Shown here one piece after another: positions 30,905-40,800 of a stretch of DNA of 56,721 nt (position 1 is the first letter of the stretch; each line of letters starts with the position of its first letter). The notes beneath the pieces are model-generated. The model was not told where the DNA came from. It ran no database searches and was given only the letters and a program-made list of their open reading frames with translations. The stretch comes from Anaerolineales bacterium. GTDB lineage: Bacteria > Chloroflexota > Anaerolineae > Anaerolineales > UBA6668. The stretch is from contig JAHDBW010000005.1 in assembly GCA_020630175.1 (NCBI GenBank), positions 2,279 to 58,999 on the forward strand. Direction: 5' to 3'. Position numbers and translations under genes: made by a program.

Positions 30905-32086
30905 TTACCAATCTTCAGCTGGCTCTAAAATGACAAACCCTGTTTGCCCAGAACTAAGCGTTACTTCTGTTGTGACGGGTTGCCGGTCGATGGTTGTTTC
31001 TACGGTGCAAGTGCCAGACGGCAAGTCGCTAATCACAAAATTTTCGAACAGCACATCATCGGCGGGCGTGCCTTGATCCCAGTACGTACTTACCCGGCGT
31101 TTGATTTTGTCACCGCAAGTTACAAAAACATCATTTGCTGAGACTAAGCTGCCATTTTTATCAATGACCCGGCCTGCCAACGCGGCATAGCCATTCAGCG
31201 GTACATACCAAAGCTCTGGATTGCGAACTGCCCAATAAGAATCGGGTGAGTTTAGGCGGATCTCAAAGTGGAGATGGGGTGAGGGTGCCACGCCCGTGCT
31301 GCCAATTGTGCCAACGGTCTGGCCAATTGCAACAACGTCTCCGGTTTGTACCAGCACTTCGTTCAAGTGCGCATACACGGCATAGACTGTATTGCCACGC
31401 CAGCCGTCATTCATTTGTAATATAACTAGATTGCCAAAGAAATCTGTGCGTGGGCCAAACTGACGTTCAAGATCATTCCCTGCAAAATACACGCTGCCTG
31501 TGCCGATTGAGGCAACTGGCTGGCCCGTGCTACCGGCAATGTCCACTCCGTGATGCGGTGGCAACACGCCACCAAATGTCATCCCAAATCGATACTGAGA
31601 GCTTGGCGAAGAGTTTCCGCTGGTAACAGGCCGCCCAAACCAAAGGTGCTGATCAAGCGTGACGCCTTCTGGCGGTTTGATCAACGATCCGCGCGGCGCT
31701 GGTTCGTAAATTGGTGCCGTGGTTGGCGTAAAGAAAACGTAAGCGGCATCGACCAAATCGCGCTTACCAAATACAGAAACATCGGCCAACAGCGAGCCCT
31801 CTTTTAAGTCCGCTGGGCTAAGCGTCGGCGTTGGAGATGGGGTTGGCGTATTTGTGGGCGTGGGTGTTGGCGTATTTGTTGGCGTCGGCGTTGGCGTTGG
31901 TGTTAAGGTAAAGGTTGCCGTAGGTGTGGGCGTTGGTGTAAGGGTGTGCGTGGCCGTAAATGTAATGGCCGGCGTTGGAATAGCTGCAACAGGGGCCGGC
32001 ACATTAGCGGCACACGCTGCAACAAACATTGCAGCGGTAACCACTAATAGTCCTAATAAAAAGAAACGGGATGTTAAAGCGTTCAA
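30905..32086 (-). CDS. M23 peptidase lipoprotein with Pro/Thr linker
   Basis: Lipobox VAAC; TP repeats; HHGVD, YAHL, PHLHFE; C-terminal beta-sandwich. Confidence 0.88.
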   Translation of the reverse strand: MNALTSRFFLLGLLVVTAAMFVAACAANVPAPVAAIPTPAITFTATHTLTPTPTPTATFTLTPTPTPTPTNTPTPTPTNTPTPSPTPTLSPADLKEGSLLADVSVFGKRDLVDAAYVFFTPTTAPIYEPAPRGSLIKPPEGVTLDQHLWFGRPVTSGNSSPSSQYRFGMTFGGVLPPHHGVDIAGSTGQPVASIGTGSVYFAGNDLERQFGPRTDFFGNLVILQMNDGWRGNTVYAVYAHLNEVLVQTGDVVAIGQTVGTIGSTGVAPSPHLHFEIRLNSPDSYWAVRNPELWYVPLNGYAALAGRVIDKNGSLVSANDVFVTCGDKIKRRVSTYWDQGTPADDVLFENFVISDLPSGTCTVETTIDRQPVTTEVTLSSGQTGFVILEPAEDW

Positions 32087-32106
32087 TACAACTCGGAACT
32101 GCGGCG

Positions 32107-33414
32107 CTAGTTGCTACCTGAAGATTCGACTGCCGGTAAGGCGGGTGGCACAACGTCGCGGAATTCAACCCACGCTAGCTTACCGCGTTCCACAACAACG
32201 GTTGTGGTGCGGCTTGTAAAGTCTGTCCGGACGCCTACAGAATATTCGCCCGGTGGCAGGTCGGTAATGCCAAAGTTTTCGCCATAATCATCATCCGGGT
32301 TAACCGGCCCATGATAAGTATCAACATAGCGCGTAATGCCGTTGAAGTCGGAATGTTCTAGATTTTCACCACGAATGATGATTTGTGCGCCGTATACCAA
32401 TTGACCGTTTTCATCGACAACGCGTCCCGCCAGAGCGCCCCAGCCAGGTGCCGGACGTAACCACAACTCTGGGTTGCGGGTCGACCAATAGTCGTTGTAG
32501 CCAATGCGCACTTCAAAGTGCAGGTGTGGCCCACCTTGCGCCGCACCAGAGCCACCAACAAGCCCAATAACTTCATTCGCGCTGACTTTGTCACCTACAT
32601 CAACAAGCGTTTCGCTCATATGTCCGTAAAGCGTATAGATAGGTTGCCCTTGGTACGCTGTCGTGTGTTTGAGCACCACCAAGTTGCCATAGAAAAACAG
32701 CATCGGACCAAATTGATCTTCCCAGTCTGGGCCGGAAAAGATAACTTCGCCATCTCCAACGGCCAAAATTGGCGTGCCAGTTGGGTTTTCTAAATCAATG
32801 GCGTAGTGCATGGGTAGCAGATTATTTTGCGTTTCACCGTATCGATAGTTTGGTGAGGCAAAATCCTGATTGTCTGCGCCAATTGGGCGACCAAAGATAA
32901 AGTGCGATTCTAATGTGCCGCTAAATGGCGCATAAGTTGGCACTGGTGTATCTGTAACGCCCGGAACCTTTGTTGGGAACGGCGTTGGCGTTGCGGTAGG
33001 CGTTGGCGTATATGTTGGCGTAAACGTTTGCGTTGGCGTCGGTGTGTTAGACGGCGTAAGCGTCAACGTGGGCGTTAGGCTTGGTGTAAGCGTTGCCGTA
33101 AACGTTAGCGTATACGTGGGAGTTAGGCTTGGGGTTAGCGTTGGACCAGTGGGGGTCGGCGAAGGCGTAACCGTTGGCGTATCTGTTGGCACAGGTGTGG
33201 GCGTAAAGGTGCCCGTTGCCATTGAAACCGCAGGAGCTGGCAGCAGCGTTGCTGTGGCAGTTGGTTCAGCTTCAAATACAGCAATCAAGTCGCTTGCAGT
33301 TTGGCAAGCCATTAGCATAAGGCCGCTACAAATAATAAAAATAAAAACCGACAAATTAGGCTTTTTCAAAGAGCGTTTTCTCGTAGGTGAAAAGGTAGGA
33401 AGTGGGTTAGTCAT
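32107..33414 (-). CDS. M23 peptidase lipoprotein with Pro/Thr linker (paralog of the neighbour)
   Basis: Lipobox LMAC; HYAID, YGHM, PHLHFE, RNPELW; likely start ATG 33414. Confidence 0.88.
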   Translation of the reverse strand: MTNPLPTFSPTRKRSLKKPNLSVFIFIICSGLMLMACQTASDLIAVFEAEPTATATLLPAPAVSMATGTFTPTPVPTDTPTVTPSPTPTGPTLTPSLTPTYTLTFTATLTPSLTPTLTLTPSNTPTPTQTFTPTYTPTPTATPTPFPTKVPGVTDTPVPTYAPFSGTLESHFIFGRPIGADNQDFASPNYRYGETQNNLLPMHYAIDLENPTGTPILAVGDGEVIFSGPDWEDQFGPMLFFYGNLVVLKHTTAYQGQPIYTLYGHMSETLVDVGDKVSANEVIGLVGGSGAAQGGPHLHFEVRIGYNDYWSTRNPELWLRPAPGWGALAGRVVDENGQLVYGAQIIIRGENLEHSDFNGITRYVDTYHGPVNPDDDYGENFGITDLPPGEYSVGVRTDFTSRTTTVVVERGKLAWVEFRDVVPPALPAVESSGSN

Positions 33415-33695
33415 TACGTGACACAAAAATAAAGCCGACACGTAGGTCGGCGCACGGATTATACCAATGGGCAAGAACTCATGGGTTATAAAATGGCAAT
33501 AGTTCCCAGAGCGTCAGGCTGGTTATACCAAGACAGATATATTGCGGCTAAACAGGCACAGCAGCACTGCTAACCTTATCAATTGACGCCATTTTTCAGT
33601 ATAAGTCTCAAACTTTAATTCGTTTCGGGTAGAATTTAGTTAGATTGGGTGCGTGATGTTTGAATTTACAAGCCGCGTGCCCGTTTACGCATTGA

Positions 33696-35279
33696 ATGAC
33701 AAATACGCAGCCTTCTCTTCCTATTCGTAAATGGTTGGCGCTGGTGATCCCAGCGTGCGCCTTATTTTTTAGCACCTTAGCGTGTGCTCGTGGCGTTGGC
33801 CCAGATGGCAACGTTGAATTGCGCGGTCGTGTGACCCTAGTTGGTCCAACTGTTCAGGTCGAGGAAGATGTGACCCCGCCCGCCGTGGTAGAAATCATTG
33901 TGCCACCAACGGCAGTGGTAACGGTTGAGGTTGCTGGCACGCCAACGCCAAATCCAAGTGAAGCAGATGCCAGCAGCGATGTGCCAGATCAGGTCTATTT
34001 TATTGAGCCGGGCGATACCTACGCAATTATCGCCGAACGCTTTAGCATCCCAGTTGAAACGCTGCTTTCCTATAATGAGATTTCTGATGAAGCGTTGTTA
34101 TACGCGGGGGAAATGCTGCTGATCCCAAATGATGTGCTGCCAGCAGGCCCTACGTTCAAATTGATTCCAGACTCTGAACTTGTCTATGGTCCTGCAACTG
34201 TCAATTTTGACGTTGAACGCACGGTAAATGGCTATGGTGGCTATCTTGCAACGTTTACAGAAATTGATCAGGGTACAGGCGAGGTACGAACTGGTGGCCA
34301 GATTGTGCAGGTCGTTGCCAACCGTTATTCCGTAAACCCGCGCTTGCTACTGGCAATTATTGAATATCAGAGTGGCTGGCTAACGAACCCAACGCCTGCG
34401 GAAGAGACGCTAACCTATCCTTTAGGGCAGGTTGAAGCAGGGCGCGAAGGGTTGCTAAGGCAGCTTTCTTACGCAGCCAATCAACTCAATTTTGGGTATT
34501 ACAATCATTATTATGATCAGCTCAATACAATCAATGTCCTAAATGGCCCTGTGCTGACCGTAGCAGATGGAGTAAATCCCGGCACAGTCGCATTGCAGCG
34601 CTATTTAGGGTTATATTATGAAGAAGACGCATGGCAACTTGCGACCAGCGGCGATGGCGTTTATCGGACGTATTCACAGCTGTTTGGTAATCCTTTTTCA
34701 TATACTGTAGATCCCTTGATCCCTGACGGCCTCGGCGTCCCAAGTTTGACATTCCCTTGGACCGTTGGCGAGACATGGTTCTTTACAGGCGGCCCGCACG
34801 GTGGCTGGGATACTGGTAGCGCGTGGGGGTCTGTAGACTTTGCGCCACCATCGCAAGTAGGCTGTAGTATTGCACCGGAATGGGTGCTGGCTGCCATCGA
34901 TGGCGTTGTCGTGCGCTCTGAAGAGGGTGCTGTGATGCAAGACCTTGATAGCGATGGCAACGAGCAAACCGGTTGGGTGTTGTTCTATATGCACATTGAT
35001 GCAGAAGGGCGGGTGCCCGTTGGAACAATGCTAAACCAGGGTGACCGCGTTGGGCATCCCTCGTGTGAAGGCGGTTTCTCTTCGGGGACGCACTTGCACT
35101 TTGCTCGGAAATATAATGGAATGTGGATTAGAGCAGATGACGGTCGGTTGCCATTCAATCTCAATGGCTATCAATTAACGTCAACTGGTAATGAATATGA
35201 TGGTTACCTTGTACAGGGTGAGGAGTCAATCGAAGCTTGGAACGGTCGCGGTGAAATCAACGCGGTAATTCGGCGCTAA
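33696..35279 (+). CDS. LysM + LasA/M23A-like peptidase lipoprotein
   Basis: Lipobox TLAC; LysM; VNPRLLLAIIEYQSG; GGPH...VDF; YMH; THLHF. Confidence 0.85.
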   Translation: MTNTQPSLPIRKWLALVIPACALFFSTLACARGVGPDGNVELRGRVTLVGPTVQVEEDVTPPAVVEIIVPPTAVVTVEVAGTPTPNPSEADASSDVPDQVYFIEPGDTYAIIAERFSIPVETLLSYNEISDEALLYAGEMLLIPNDVLPAGPTFKLIPDSELVYGPATVNFDVERTVNGYGGYLATFTEIDQGTGEVRTGGQIVQVVANRYSVNPRLLLAIIEYQSGWLTNPTPAEETLTYPLGQVEAGREGLLRQLSYAANQLNFGYYNHYYDQLNTINVLNGPVLTVADGVNPGTVALQRYLGLYYEEDAWQLATSGDGVYRTYSQLFGNPFSYTVDPLIPDGLGVPSLTFPWTVGETWFFTGGPHGGWDTGSAWGSVDFAPPSQVGCSIAPEWVLAAIDGVVVRSEEGAVMQDLDSDGNEQTGWVLFYMHIDAEGRVPVGTMLNQGDRVGHPSCEGGFSSGTHLHFARKYNGMWIRADDGRLPFNLNGYQLTSTGNEYDGYLVQGEESIEAWNGRGEINAVIRR

Positions 35280-35282
35280 TAT

Positions 35283-37058
35283 ATGACTGATTCGATCCCC
35301 ACTGTCCTCGCGACAATTTATGCCCGCCTGCCGGACGAGCGCGTCATGGTCTATGACCTTTATTCGACGCCGGTGACTATTGGCCGCGGCATTGATGCAG
35401 AAGTGGCACTGCCACACATGTCTGTTGCGACCCGTCACGCCTTGTTGGCCCAACCTGCCAAAAGCCTTGCGATTGAAGACCTTGGCTCTACGCTAGGCAC
35501 AGAACTCAATGGTATCCGGCTAGAAAAAGGCGAACTCTATGAAGTGTTGAGCGGCGCCACCGTTAAGCTTGGCGACGTAACGCTCTCAATTGTTGGCGCT
35601 GGTGAAAAGCACCCAAATTGGATTCAGCTTGCTGAACTGAAGTCGCGTCCGACCAAACCAACGGCCATTACCGCTGCCTTATTGGTTGCTGAAGGCAAAG
35701 TTCTAGAAGAAGCATTAGCGCAAACCGCCGAACAAGTTGCGGTCACCACGCCAACTGAAATCCCAGAACCGCCACCCGAAGAAATTCCTGAAGTAGAAAA
35801 ACGCCAACCCATTCAAGCCGTCGGCGCGGTTGGCACAGCTCCTGTTGAAGATCTACCGCCAGAGCCGGTTGTCACTAATCCAACTGCAGACCTCTCAACT
35901 GATGACTTTGGGCTTGATGACCCTGATTTTTCAGAGCTTGCGCTTGAAATTGACCCATCCGAAAGCGGTGATACGTTCAATGTGAAGGTAACGAATACAA
36001 GTAATCAACCGCTACTTGTTGAGGTCAACGTTGCCGATCAACACGGGAAACTCTCGTATAGCTGTAACCCTAATATATTTGAACTAGACGCTGGCAAAAG
36101 CGATGTGGCAGCGCTTAGCGTTAAATGCCTAGAGCGGCGGTCTAAACGGCGGCGCTATCCATTTAGAGTATTAGCACTAGTTGATGATCTGCCCTTAGCT
36201 GAAACAACTGCCGTTTATGTCCGGAAGCCGCTTTCAGTGGGCTGCTTGGCTGGAATTTTGGGCGGGCTAGCCTTGTTGCTGTTAGGTGCCTTTGGCGCGG
36301 GAACAGCGGCGCTTTGCCCAACCGTGTTAGACAACAACTGTCCAATTGAGGTGCCAGTCAATCAGTTGAGCATGATGGTGGCAACGCCGCAAACGCCGAC
36401 GGCAACATTGCCGCCACCAACGCAGCTGCCTACCGCTGAGCCCATTACACAGGTGCCAACTTTCACTTTTACGCCAGTTGCGACAGCTACGCCTGCAGTC
36501 ACCGCTGAACCTACGATTGAGCCAACCCCAACGCCCGGTGCGCGGCTCGCTTTCTTCAGCTATAAGATCGCTGAAGACGATATTGTGACGCTCTATGGCA
36601 GTGTAGATGGCGCTGAAGCCGTGGCCTTAGTCTCAGGTGTTTCCGATGCGCAAGTGTTGGGAACAACGTCGGAACTAGGCGGCAAGTACGCGGTGCGTGT
36701 GTCTCAATTTGGTGAAGAAACGCTCTGGCTGGTCGACGCGACTGGCACAGTGTTAGCGAGCGATATCAATGTCAATTGGGATACGGTGTTAGATGCCCAG
36801 TGGGCGCCAAACGGACTGTGGCTAACGGTGACCGCATCTTCAGCAGACGATGATCGCTTTTTTGTGATTTTTGACGGTGAGGACGGCACGCTATTGCGCG
36901 AACCAGACTTAGTCGCTGAGTTTCCAACGCTAACGCCTGCGCCAGCAGATACGCCTGATCCCGATGCTGAAGCCGATACTGAAACTGAAACAGATGCTGA
37001 GACCGCTGAAGATGCAGTTGACCCAACCGAACCCGTAACAGAGGAGGACGAAGGCTAG
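35283..37058 (+). CDS. FHA-domain single-pass membrane protein
   Basis: TIGRG...RHA...IEDLGSTLGT; acidic linker; Ig-like segment; TM; P/T linker; partial propeller (WAPNG). Confidence 0.8.
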   Translation: MTDSIPTVLATIYARLPDERVMVYDLYSTPVTIGRGIDAEVALPHMSVATRHALLAQPAKSLAIEDLGSTLGTELNGIRLEKGELYEVLSGATVKLGDVTLSIVGAGEKHPNWIQLAELKSRPTKPTAITAALLVAEGKVLEEALAQTAEQVAVTTPTEIPEPPPEEIPEVEKRQPIQAVGAVGTAPVEDLPPEPVVTNPTADLSTDDFGLDDPDFSELALEIDPSESGDTFNVKVTNTSNQPLLVEVNVADQHGKLSYSCNPNIFELDAGKSDVAALSVKCLERRSKRRRYPFRVLALVDDLPLAETTAVYVRKPLSVGCLAGILGGLALLLLGAFGAGTAALCPTVLDNNCPIEVPVNQLSMMVATPQTPTATLPPPTQLPTAEPITQVPTFTFTPVATATPAVTAEPTIEPTPTPGARLAFFSYKIAEDDIVTLYGSVDGAEAVALVSGVSDAQVLGTTSELGGKYAVRVSQFGEETLWLVDATGTVLASDINVNWDTVLDAQWAPNGLWLTVTASSADDDRFFVIFDGEDGTLLREPDLVAEFPTLTPAPADTPDPDAEADTETETDAETAEDAVDPTEPVTEEDEG

Positions 37059-38003
37059 ATGAAACTGCATAAATTTGTCATTGGCCTATTGAGTGTTTTT
37101 CTCGCTGCTTGTGGCGGGGTTGGCATTAGCGGCTACAGTGCAACCAGTGAACTGGTCACAATTGTAGATTTTGACGGCCTCTATGCTGTCTCTCAAGCGG
37201 ATGGCGCTGTAATCTATTTATCCGATGATGTGAATCCGCATTACGGCACGCTTGTTATTGACGATTTGATTGTGTTTGTTGATAGCGACGGGCGATTATT
37301 GACAGTCCCGAGCACGGGCGGCGACGCGACCGAATTACGTGAAGAGCGCGTCTCTCCTGATAGTGGCTTTATCTTTGCGCTGCCTTCAAAAGAAGTGCTG
37401 TTGCTAGATGAACGCGTAGTCGGTGGCAACCGTTACGCCCAAGTCATTGACCCTACGACTGGCCAAATTGTGAACCAAATTGAAGGGATTGCGGGTGTTT
37501 TTATTGCAGATGCTGCAATTGTAGAGCGCACAAATGAAGCAGGTTGGTATACGCCAGCGCTGGCCGACGGGCAGCTGCGCCTGATCTTCCAAGCCGAAGA
37601 TGACCCAGACTTGTTGTTTTTGTACTCTGCTTACCGCGATGGATTTGCCTTTGATGAAGTGCTGCCACGTGAACTCAGTGAGAATGATCGAGCGCTGTTA
37701 GATCTGCGCAACTTAACTGACTTACGCAGTGGGGTGCTCACGCCAGATGGCCGCAACCTTATTTTGCACACAGAAACAGAAAGCGCTCCAATCACGCATG
37801 GCCTGTGGCTGCTGCCGCTTGATTCAGATGCGCCAGCGCGGAATTTATACACTGGCTTGGGCGAGCCGCCAGACTTTGCCGTTTCGCCGTTAGCTAATCA
37901 AGTTGCGTATACCTCAAGTGCCGGCGTGTTAGAAATTCTAGACATTGACTCAGGCACAGTCACGCAATTACCAGCCGGTGCAATTGCGCCCGATTGGCGT
38001 TAA
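37059..38003 (+). CDS. Lipoprotein, TolB/beta-propeller-like
   Basis: Lipobox LAAC; TPDGRNL, VSPLANQVAY, PDW. Confidence 0.65.
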   Translation: MKLHKFVIGLLSVFLAACGGVGISGYSATSELVTIVDFDGLYAVSQADGAVIYLSDDVNPHYGTLVIDDLIVFVDSDGRLLTVPSTGGDATELREERVSPDSGFIFALPSKEVLLLDERVVGGNRYAQVIDPTTGQIVNQIEGIAGVFIADAAIVERTNEAGWYTPALADGQLRLIFQAEDDPDLLFLYSAYRDGFAFDEVLPRELSENDRALLDLRNLTDLRSGVLTPDGRNLILHTETESAPITHGLWLLPLDSDAPARNLYTGLGEPPDFAVSPLANQVAYTSSAGVLEILDIDSGTVTQLPAGAIAPDWR

Positions 38004-38048
38004 TAAGTCGCACCCCATTCTGGCCCGTAGAGTGCTAGAATCCAACTC

Positions 38049-38750
38049 ATGACTCATTTATCTGGAACCGAAAGAGCAGAATACGTACAGGGCATGTTTG
38101 CCCGCATTGCTGGACGCTATGACTTAATGAATCGCGTCATGACGTTTGGTCAAGATGTTGGCTGGCGCAAGATTGTGCTTGAAAAAGCCATGCTGTCACC
38201 GGGCGACTCATTTTTAGATCTTGGGACAGGCACGGGTGACATCGCGTTTGCTGCTATGCAACACACGCCGCTAGACCTGTGTGTTGGTGGTGACTTTACT
38301 GTTGAAATGATGTATGTCGGTCAAGATCGGCCGGGCGGGTCAGACGTGAAATGGTCTGGCACTGATGCGCTGAACTTGCCATTCTCTGATGAACAGTTTG
38401 ATGTGGTCACGTCAGGATTTCTGATGCGTAATGTTATTGATGTTGATCGAGGCTTTGAAGAGCAATTCCGCGTTCTCAAAGACGGCGGTCGGGTTGTGGT
38501 GCTAGACACCACGCCACCAGCCGATAACATGCTAAAGCCGTTTATCAACTTCCACATGCACACCGTTATTCCAGCCATTGGCAAAATTCTTACCGGTGCC
38601 GGTGATGCGTACAATTATCTGCCAGATTCAACGCAAGGCTTTTTGCGCGCAGAACAGCTTGCAATCCGCATGCGCAACGTTGGGTTTCGCGATGTTGGGT
38701 TCAAGCGGCTTAACTTTGGCACCATTGCCATCCATTGGGGCGTGAAGTAG
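38049..38750 (+). CDS. ubiE: Demethylmenaquinone methyltransferase (UbiE/MenG)
   Basis: MFARIAGRYDLMN, LDLGTGTGD, DALNLPF, AYNYLPDS. Confidence 0.9.
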   Translation: MTHLSGTERAEYVQGMFARIAGRYDLMNRVMTFGQDVGWRKIVLEKAMLSPGDSFLDLGTGTGDIAFAAMQHTPLDLCVGGDFTVEMMYVGQDRPGGSDVKWSGTDALNLPFSDEQFDVVTSGFLMRNVIDVDRGFEEQFRVLKDGGRVVVLDTTPPADNMLKPFINFHMHTVIPAIGKILTGAGDAYNYLPDSTQGFLRAEQLAIRMRNVGFRDVGFKRLNFGTIAIHWGVK

Positions 38751-38774
38751 GGCACCTGTTAGCCTTAAATTGCG

Positions 38775-39500
38775 ATGCATAGCGATAAAGCAGCCCTCCG
38801 GGGTGAACCGTCATATGTATGGCGTGACGGCCAGCGCCGCCGCCTAAAAATGATTCTAGACGCAGCACCAGACCTAACGGGCAAGCGCGTTTTGGTCGAT
38901 GGTTGCGGGGTGGGCAGCTATGTCCATCATCTACAAGAGCACTGTGCCGTTGCGCACGGTCTTGATATTGAATTCGACCGACTTGCCGCGCCAGTTGCAC
39001 CCCTCAAACATCTCACGAATGCCGTTGGTGAATATCTGCCATATGCCGACAACGCGTTTGCACTAATTCTCTCGCATGAGGTGCTAGAGCATGTGCAGGA
39101 CGATCGCCTTGCCGCAGAAGAAATCGCTCGAGTTTTAGAACCGGGCGGGCGTTGTGTTGTCTTTGTGCCTAACCGTGGCTATCCGTTTGAAACACACGGT
39201 ATTTACTGGAAAGGGAACTACAAATTTGGCAATAAGCCGTTTGTAAATTACCTGCCAACCCCTATGCGAGACAAGCTTGCCCCGCATGTCAAAGTTTATT
39301 CCAAACGCGACCTAAAAAATCTGTTCGCAGATTTACCCCTCAAGCAAGTGTCGCATCAAGCCATTTATGGTGGTTATGACAATATTATTGCGCGCCTTGG
39401 TGAAAACGGACGCCGCATGCGTAACGCATTGTACAAATTAGAAGGCACGCCGCTGCAATGGTTTGGCCTGTCTCATTTTGCTGTTTGGGAAAAAGTGTAG
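38775..39500 (+). CDS. Class I SAM-dependent methyltransferase
   Basis: VDGCGVG, LPYADNAF, HEVLEHV, RVLEPGG. Confidence 0.85.
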   Translation: MHSDKAALRGEPSYVWRDGQRRRLKMILDAAPDLTGKRVLVDGCGVGSYVHHLQEHCAVAHGLDIEFDRLAAPVAPLKHLTNAVGEYLPYADNAFALILSHEVLEHVQDDRLAAEEIARVLEPGGRCVVFVPNRGYPFETHGIYWKGNYKFGNKPFVNYLPTPMRDKLAPHVKVYSKRDLKNLFADLPLKQVSHQAIYGGYDNIIARLGENGRRMRNALYKLEGTPLQWFGLSHFAVWEKV

Positions 39501-39506
39501 GCCTCG

Positions 39507-40781
39507 TTGTCTTCTCCAACCACATTTATTACTGCTGTAAAACAAGTAAATAGTTTTAGCCGCAACATCAAACTGCTGTTTTTAAGCGCCGCCACTGCGG
39601 GGCTTTCTTTTGGCATCTTTCAGTTTCTCTTCAACTTTTATATTCTCAGCCTGCCCGCCAACTATAACGAACAGTTTATCGGCACGCTGCAAACCGTCTC
39701 CTCTTTGGGCGCCATTTTGGTGGCCTTGCCCATTGCTTGGCTTGTAGAACGCTGGTCGCCGCGCAGCATGCTGATTACGAGCGCAGCCTTGAACGTGCTG
39801 TCAATTCTCGGGATTCTATTGTTCCCGACGACGGTTGCGTTGGTGGCGTTTCGCATGTTGGCAGGCATGTCTATTGCGGCGCAGAACATTGCGCGCGCCC
39901 CGTTTTTGATGCGCAACACCAGCGCTGAGAATCGGCAGTGGGTGTTTAGCTTCAGCTTTGGACTGATGACGGTTGCGGGCTTTGTTGGCAACTTGTTAGG
40001 CGGCCAAGTGCCCACTTGGATGGCACGCTTAGTAGACGCAGCCCCAACCGACACGATCTCTTACCGCTTAGCACTCGCCCTGATGATGTTGCTATTGTCA
40101 ATTGGCTTACTGCCACTGAAGGCGATTACTGAAGCGCCGCGTGACCCAACCCAAAAGCCAGCGCCAATTTTTCAACTACTGCGCGTACACGGGTCTAAGC
40201 TCATGCGCTTTTTAGCCCCGCCGCTTATTATTGGGCTTGGCGCAGGTGCGATGATGCCGTTTATGAATATCTATTTTCGGAACGTCTACCTTAAGCCAGA
40301 TCCGCCAATTTCTACGCTGTTTGCGCTTGGCGCGATTGGGATGGCACTTGGTCAATTCTGTGGGCCGCCGCTAGTCGAGCGCTTTGGCAAGATCAAAACG
40401 GTGTTGCTCTCGCAATATTCCTCAGTGCCTTTTTTGCTATTGCTTGGAGCGGGGGCTTACCTTGTTCCGGTCGGCTTAGTAAATGCTGATATTTTCTTTT
40501 TGATTGCAGCCTTGGCTTACATCATGCGGCTAGCCCTGATGAACCTAGCAAACCCAATTTATCAGACGTTTATGCTAGAAAACGTAAGCGAAGATGCGCA
40601 ATCGCTCACCATGAGCCTGAGCAGCATCTCTTTTCAGTTTGGCTGGTTTATCATGCCGCAAGTCAGCGGTTGGTTACAGGTCAACTATGCGCCGTTTGGT
40701 TTCGTGTACGTGTTTGGGATAGTTGTCGTGTTGTATCTGATTGGTACATCGCTGCAATGGTATTTGTTTGGAACGGATTAG
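39507..40781 (+). CDS. MFS transporter
   Basis: About 12 TM; LVERWSPR and LVERFGK loop motifs. Confidence 0.88.
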   Translation: MSSPTTFITAVKQVNSFSRNIKLLFLSAATAGLSFGIFQFLFNFYILSLPANYNEQFIGTLQTVSSLGAILVALPIAWLVERWSPRSMLITSAALNVLSILGILLFPTTVALVAFRMLAGMSIAAQNIARAPFLMRNTSAENRQWVFSFSFGLMTVAGFVGNLLGGQVPTWMARLVDAAPTDTISYRLALALMMLLLSIGLLPLKAITEAPRDPTQKPAPIFQLLRVHGSKLMRFLAPPLIIGLGAGAMMPFMNIYFRNVYLKPDPPISTLFALGAIGMALGQFCGPPLVERFGKIKTVLLSQYSSVPFLLLLGAGAYLVPVGLVNADIFFLIAALAYIMRLALMNLANPIYQTFMLENVSEDAQSLTMSLSSISFQFGWFIMPQVSGWLQVNYAPFGFVYVFGIVVVLYLIGTSLQWYLFGTD

Positions 40782-40800
40782 AGTCGGCTAAAATAGACGT

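Noticed and set aside
31820-33210. GGCGTT/GGTGT-type short repeats, possible CRISPR or VNTR
   Set aside because: They encode Thr-Pro linkers of the two M23 proteins, and there is no repeat-spacer periodicity.
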